Positions 61,546-64,000 of a stretch of DNA of 64,000 nt are shown here, piece by piece; within the stretch, counting starts at the first letter, position 1, and every line of letters starts with the position of its first letter. This stretch comes from Verrucomicrobiota bacterium (GTDB lineage Bacteria; Verrucomicrobiota; Verrucomicrobiia; Chthoniobacterales; JAFAMB01): NCBI GenBank assembly GCA_019236675.1, contig JAFAIO010000144.1:34-64033 (forward strand), read 5' to 3'. A model generated the notes under the pieces. It worked only from the letters and a program-made list of their open reading frames with translations. It did no database searches and was not told the origin of the DNA. Both the position numbers and the translations under genes were made by a program.

Positions 61546-62058
61546 ATGCGCCGCCTCTTTAGCCTTGTGCTTGTTCTTTGCGGCTTTTGGTCACAGGGAT
61601 TATTCGGAGCTGACCAAACGCATGTTTCAATTGTAGATTATTTTGTCCTCTTGCCGCCGGATACTTTCGAAGGCGCATCACCGTCCTCATGGTTGACCTT
61701 CCTTAAACAGCCGGGCTCAGGCTCCATTGATACTGCTAATGGCTACATGAGCTGTACCGGTGATGGAGCACAGCCGGAGTTCGAGGTTGCGCTATTTCGA
61801 TTCAGCGATGGGCGTCCCCTGCTCGCCATGTCGACCGGTGAGCTTGAAGCCAGGGATTCGATGTTTCTCGTTTTCTACGAACTCGGGAAAGACAACCGGA
61901 TGCACCAAGCTTCCCGTGAAATCTTCCCGATCCGCGACGGCGATGATCGGCAATTTATCCTTCCGAAAAAGGGCCGGACAATAACCGTTAAGAATGCCAA
62001 GACCGCAAAGGTGTTGTCCCAATTTGAATGGAACGGCTCCACATTTCAGCACCAATGA
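61546..62058 (+). CDS. Small secreted protein of unknown function.
   Basis: It has a signal peptide (MRRLFSLVLVLCGFWSQGLFGADQ). I recognised no family. Confidence 0.55.
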   Translation: MRRLFSLVLVLCGFWSQGLFGADQTHVSIVDYFVLLPPDTFEGASPSSWLTFLKQPGSGSIDTANGYMSCTGDGAQPEFEVALFRFSDGRPLLAMSTGELEARDSMFLVFYELGKDNRMHQASREIFPIRDGDDRQFILPKKGRTITVKNAKTAKVLSQFEWNGSTFQHQ

Positions 62059-62100
62059 AGGAGTTCAAGAATAGGAGTCGGGAGTCAGAAGCCAGGAGAG
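62053..62100. repeat. Right inverted repeat of family E (AGGAGTC-type heptamers).
   Basis: AAGGAGTTCAAGAA (62058-62071) is followed by TAGGAGTC GGGAGTC AGAAGCC AGGAGAG. Confidence 0.8.
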
Positions 62101-62185
62101 ACCGAGTGAGGCGAAGCGCGGGGAGGAAAGCCGCATGGGCTGTAAAGTAATCAGTATTTCACGGTCGGTTGACGACTAAGAGAGA

Positions 62186-63331
62186 ATGCTAACGAAGCCG
62201 TCCCGCCAGTCTATGAAAAACGCGCTTCTGATACATCTATTTTATTGCCTTTTATTATTCTGTGTCCAGGCAGCATCAGCGGTGCCGACCGCGGAGCTAC
62301 CCCCGATTGGGCATAAGCTAACGGTTGGAGTATATCCCGCTGAACCTTTCAATATCCGGCGAGCGGACGGATCATGGACCGGTATCAGTGTTGATCTTTG
62401 GCGAGAGATTGCCTCCGATCTCAAAGTCGATTTTGAGTTTAGGGAGATCCCGGTTGCGGACCGGTTCACCGCCTTGATGACCGGTTGGATCGACGTTTGT
62501 ATCGGCCCGATAACGGTAACAGCGGAACGCGAAGAGCAGATTGATTTTACCCATCGTTTCTTCACCTCGGGGCTGCGTGTCGCGATGCGGACAAAGGATG
62601 CTGCTCCTAATTCGAATTTAGTTCTCCCCTTGCTAAAAGAATTGCTCTCTGGGCATGTGCTAAAAATCGTCCTTTCCATTCTGGGTATTCTGCTGGCAGC
62701 GTCACTCCTGATTTGGGTTTCTGAGCGACGCAAGAACGCGGCTCACTTTGGAGGGAATGGTAAACGATTCGCGGGCATCGGCTCCGCCGTTTGGTGGTCG
62801 GCTGTTACCATGACGGGTGTTGGATATGGTGACCTTTATCCGCGGACTTTGCTTGGGCGGATCATAGCGATAGGGTGGATGTTCGTCAGTTTAGTAATGA
62901 TCGCCATATTCACGGCAACGATGGCTTCCTTGCTGACGGCCGAGAAATTGGGCGGCCCGAAACCGATCCAGACTCCGGAAGATCTCCGCAGTTTGAGCAT
63001 CGGAACGGCGCCAGACACAACCGCTGAGCAATACGCCAAAATGAATCATCTCAAGTTCAAGAGCATGCCCGCTGAACAGCTTTTACCGGCGCTTAAGAGC
63101 GGCAAAATCGATGCCGTCATCAACGATGCACCCATCCTCTACTATCTCATCCACGCCGAATATGAGAACACACTCGTCGTCCTACCGATTCATTTAGACG
63201 AAGAACTGTATGGCTTCGGGGTTAAGGAAGGAAGCCCGCTGCGCGAATACATCAATCGATCTTTGCTCGAACGACTCGTCCGACCAGAGTGGCATGAGGT
63301 TCTTCGGGGCTACTTGGGCGACTACGAATAA
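62186..63331 (+). CDS. GluR0-like ligand-gated K+ channel: a periplasmic amino-acid-binding (SBP type 3) domain split by a two-TM pore module.
   Basis: The S1 lobe (LTVGVYPAEPF...IDVCIGPITVTAEREEQIDFTHRF) is followed by TM1 and a pore helix. The selectivity filter is TMTGVGYGD (nt 62813-62833). TM2 and the S2 lobe (KIDAVINDAPILYY) follow. An alternative start is the ATG at 62213. Confidence 0.8.
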   Translation: MLTKPSRQSMKNALLIHLFYCLLLFCVQAASAVPTAELPPIGHKLTVGVYPAEPFNIRRADGSWTGISVDLWREIASDLKVDFEFREIPVADRFTALMTGWIDVCIGPITVTAEREEQIDFTHRFFTSGLRVAMRTKDAAPNSNLVLPLLKELLSGHVLKIVLSILGILLAASLLIWVSERRKNAAHFGGNGKRFAGIGSAVWWSAVTMTGVGYGDLYPRTLLGRIIAIGWMFVSLVMIAIFTATMASLLTAEKLGGPKPIQTPEDLRSLSIGTAPDTTAEQYAKMNHLKFKSMPAEQLLPALKSGKIDAVINDAPILYYLIHAEYENTLVVLPIHLDEELYGFGVKEGSPLREYINRSLLERLVRPEWHEVLRGYLGDYE

Positions 63332-63540
63332 CCTCCCGGAAAACCGCGGATTTTTTAATAGCAAGATCACACGGACCGCATGCCAGAATTCTAAACAAGA
63401 ACTAAGGGAGGAAACAGAGATCTCCGTGCCTCCTGTTTAACGCCCGTCTTTGTCTTAATTCTTTGCGCCTTTGCGTCCTTGCGTGAGAAATTTTGTCTTT
63501 GGTTGCGGCCATGCTGCTCTGCGGCATTCCTGTGGAAACA

Positions 63541-64000
63541 TTACTGCGTCCTGCCTTTGGGACTCTTTCTTGCAACCAATACTATTAATTCCTGGGACTC
63601 GTCGGTCTCGTTGCGAGGCCGTTTCGGAAACATTTTCCGTTCAATCTCAAAACGGTGTTCCTCTAAAAATGAATATAGCTGACGATTGTCTTTCAGACCT
63701 AGATCGGAAAATAAAGAGTGGTTTCCTCGATACGGTAGATTGAGAACAATAATCCTACCGTTCGGTTTAAGGTAAACCGCAGACCGGTACAGCACTCTGC
63801 GAAAGTCCACGTAGTTCAGCGTGTCCGAGATCAGAATCGTATCCGCCTGTCGGAGCTCTGCGTCTTTTCTGGGATCGATCCCCAGGAATCCGCAGACCCT
63901 GAGCAGAGCCTTTTGGAAACTCAGCCGCCCGACTTGTCCGACCTTCTCTACGTCCAAACGGAGCCTTAGCTCGTCAACCGCCCCACCGTTATCGGCAGCG
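63541..64000 (-). CDS. Partial CDS running off the right edge; possibly a class I SAM-dependent methyltransferase-like protein.
   Basis: The frame is open to nt 64000. ADTILISDTLNYV and LKPNGRIIVLN weakly resemble methyltransferase motifs. Confidence 0.35.
   Translation of the reverse strand, partial: AADNGGAVDELRLRLDVEKVGQVGRLSFQKALLRVCGFLGIDPRKDAELRQADTILISDTLNYVDFRRVLYRSAVYLKPNGRIIVLNLPYRGNHSLFSDLGLKDNRQLYSFLEEHRFEIERKMFPKRPRNETDESQELIVLVARKSPKGRTQ

Overview
This is a 64-kb, gene-dense and repeat-rich region that looks like accessory DNA from a Gram-negative bacterium. The gene content and repeat style recall Verrucomicrobia, Planctomycetes or Acidobacteria, but I cannot assign taxonomy without a search. 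All calls come from reading the ORF translations and the DNA by eye; no BLAST or HMM was run.

Left and middle (1-51 kb):
- There are three ECF sigma factor / Ser-Thr kinase (STK) pairs with no recognisable anti-sigma gene: 13447-17102, 33464-29908 on the minus strand, and 47141-51290.
- These pairs are interleaved with genes for secreted proteins. They include four S53 sedolisin-type peptidases with FN3-like tails, two about 950-aa S8-like subtilases that have no histidine where the catalytic His should be, a seven-repeat FG-GAP propeller, and an about 3,840-3,914-aa TpsA/FhaB-type exoprotein.
- No TpsB transporter gene is present anywhere in the window.
- The same part also holds a candidate toxin C-terminus with a translationally coupled small ORF at the left edge, a doubly truncated kinase remnant, a YddA-type ABC half-fusion, a frameshifted DUF3300 remnant and a VapBC pair.

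Right part (51-64 kb):
- Most of it is ordinary regulator/enzyme divergons: LysR, ArsR and LacI regulators with alpha/beta hydrolases and SDRs, plus YceI.
- Two genes stand out: a membrane desaturase-Rieske-NqrF-like reductase fusion and a GluR0-like ligand-gated K+ channel.

Intergenic DNA carries several interspersed repeat families:
- A hairpin element with arms of about 130-145 bp sits as an about 554-bp insertion between sigma2 and STK2. A solo arm lies at the breakpoint of the kinase remnant.
- A 26-bp perfect inverted-repeat element overlaps the likely start of the TpsA gene. Expanded or tandem copies lie upstream of two of the sigma genes.
- Heptanucleotide tandem arrays occur at several sites, and there are REP-like nested palindromes.

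I recognised no rRNA, tRNA, CRISPR array, transposase or integrase.
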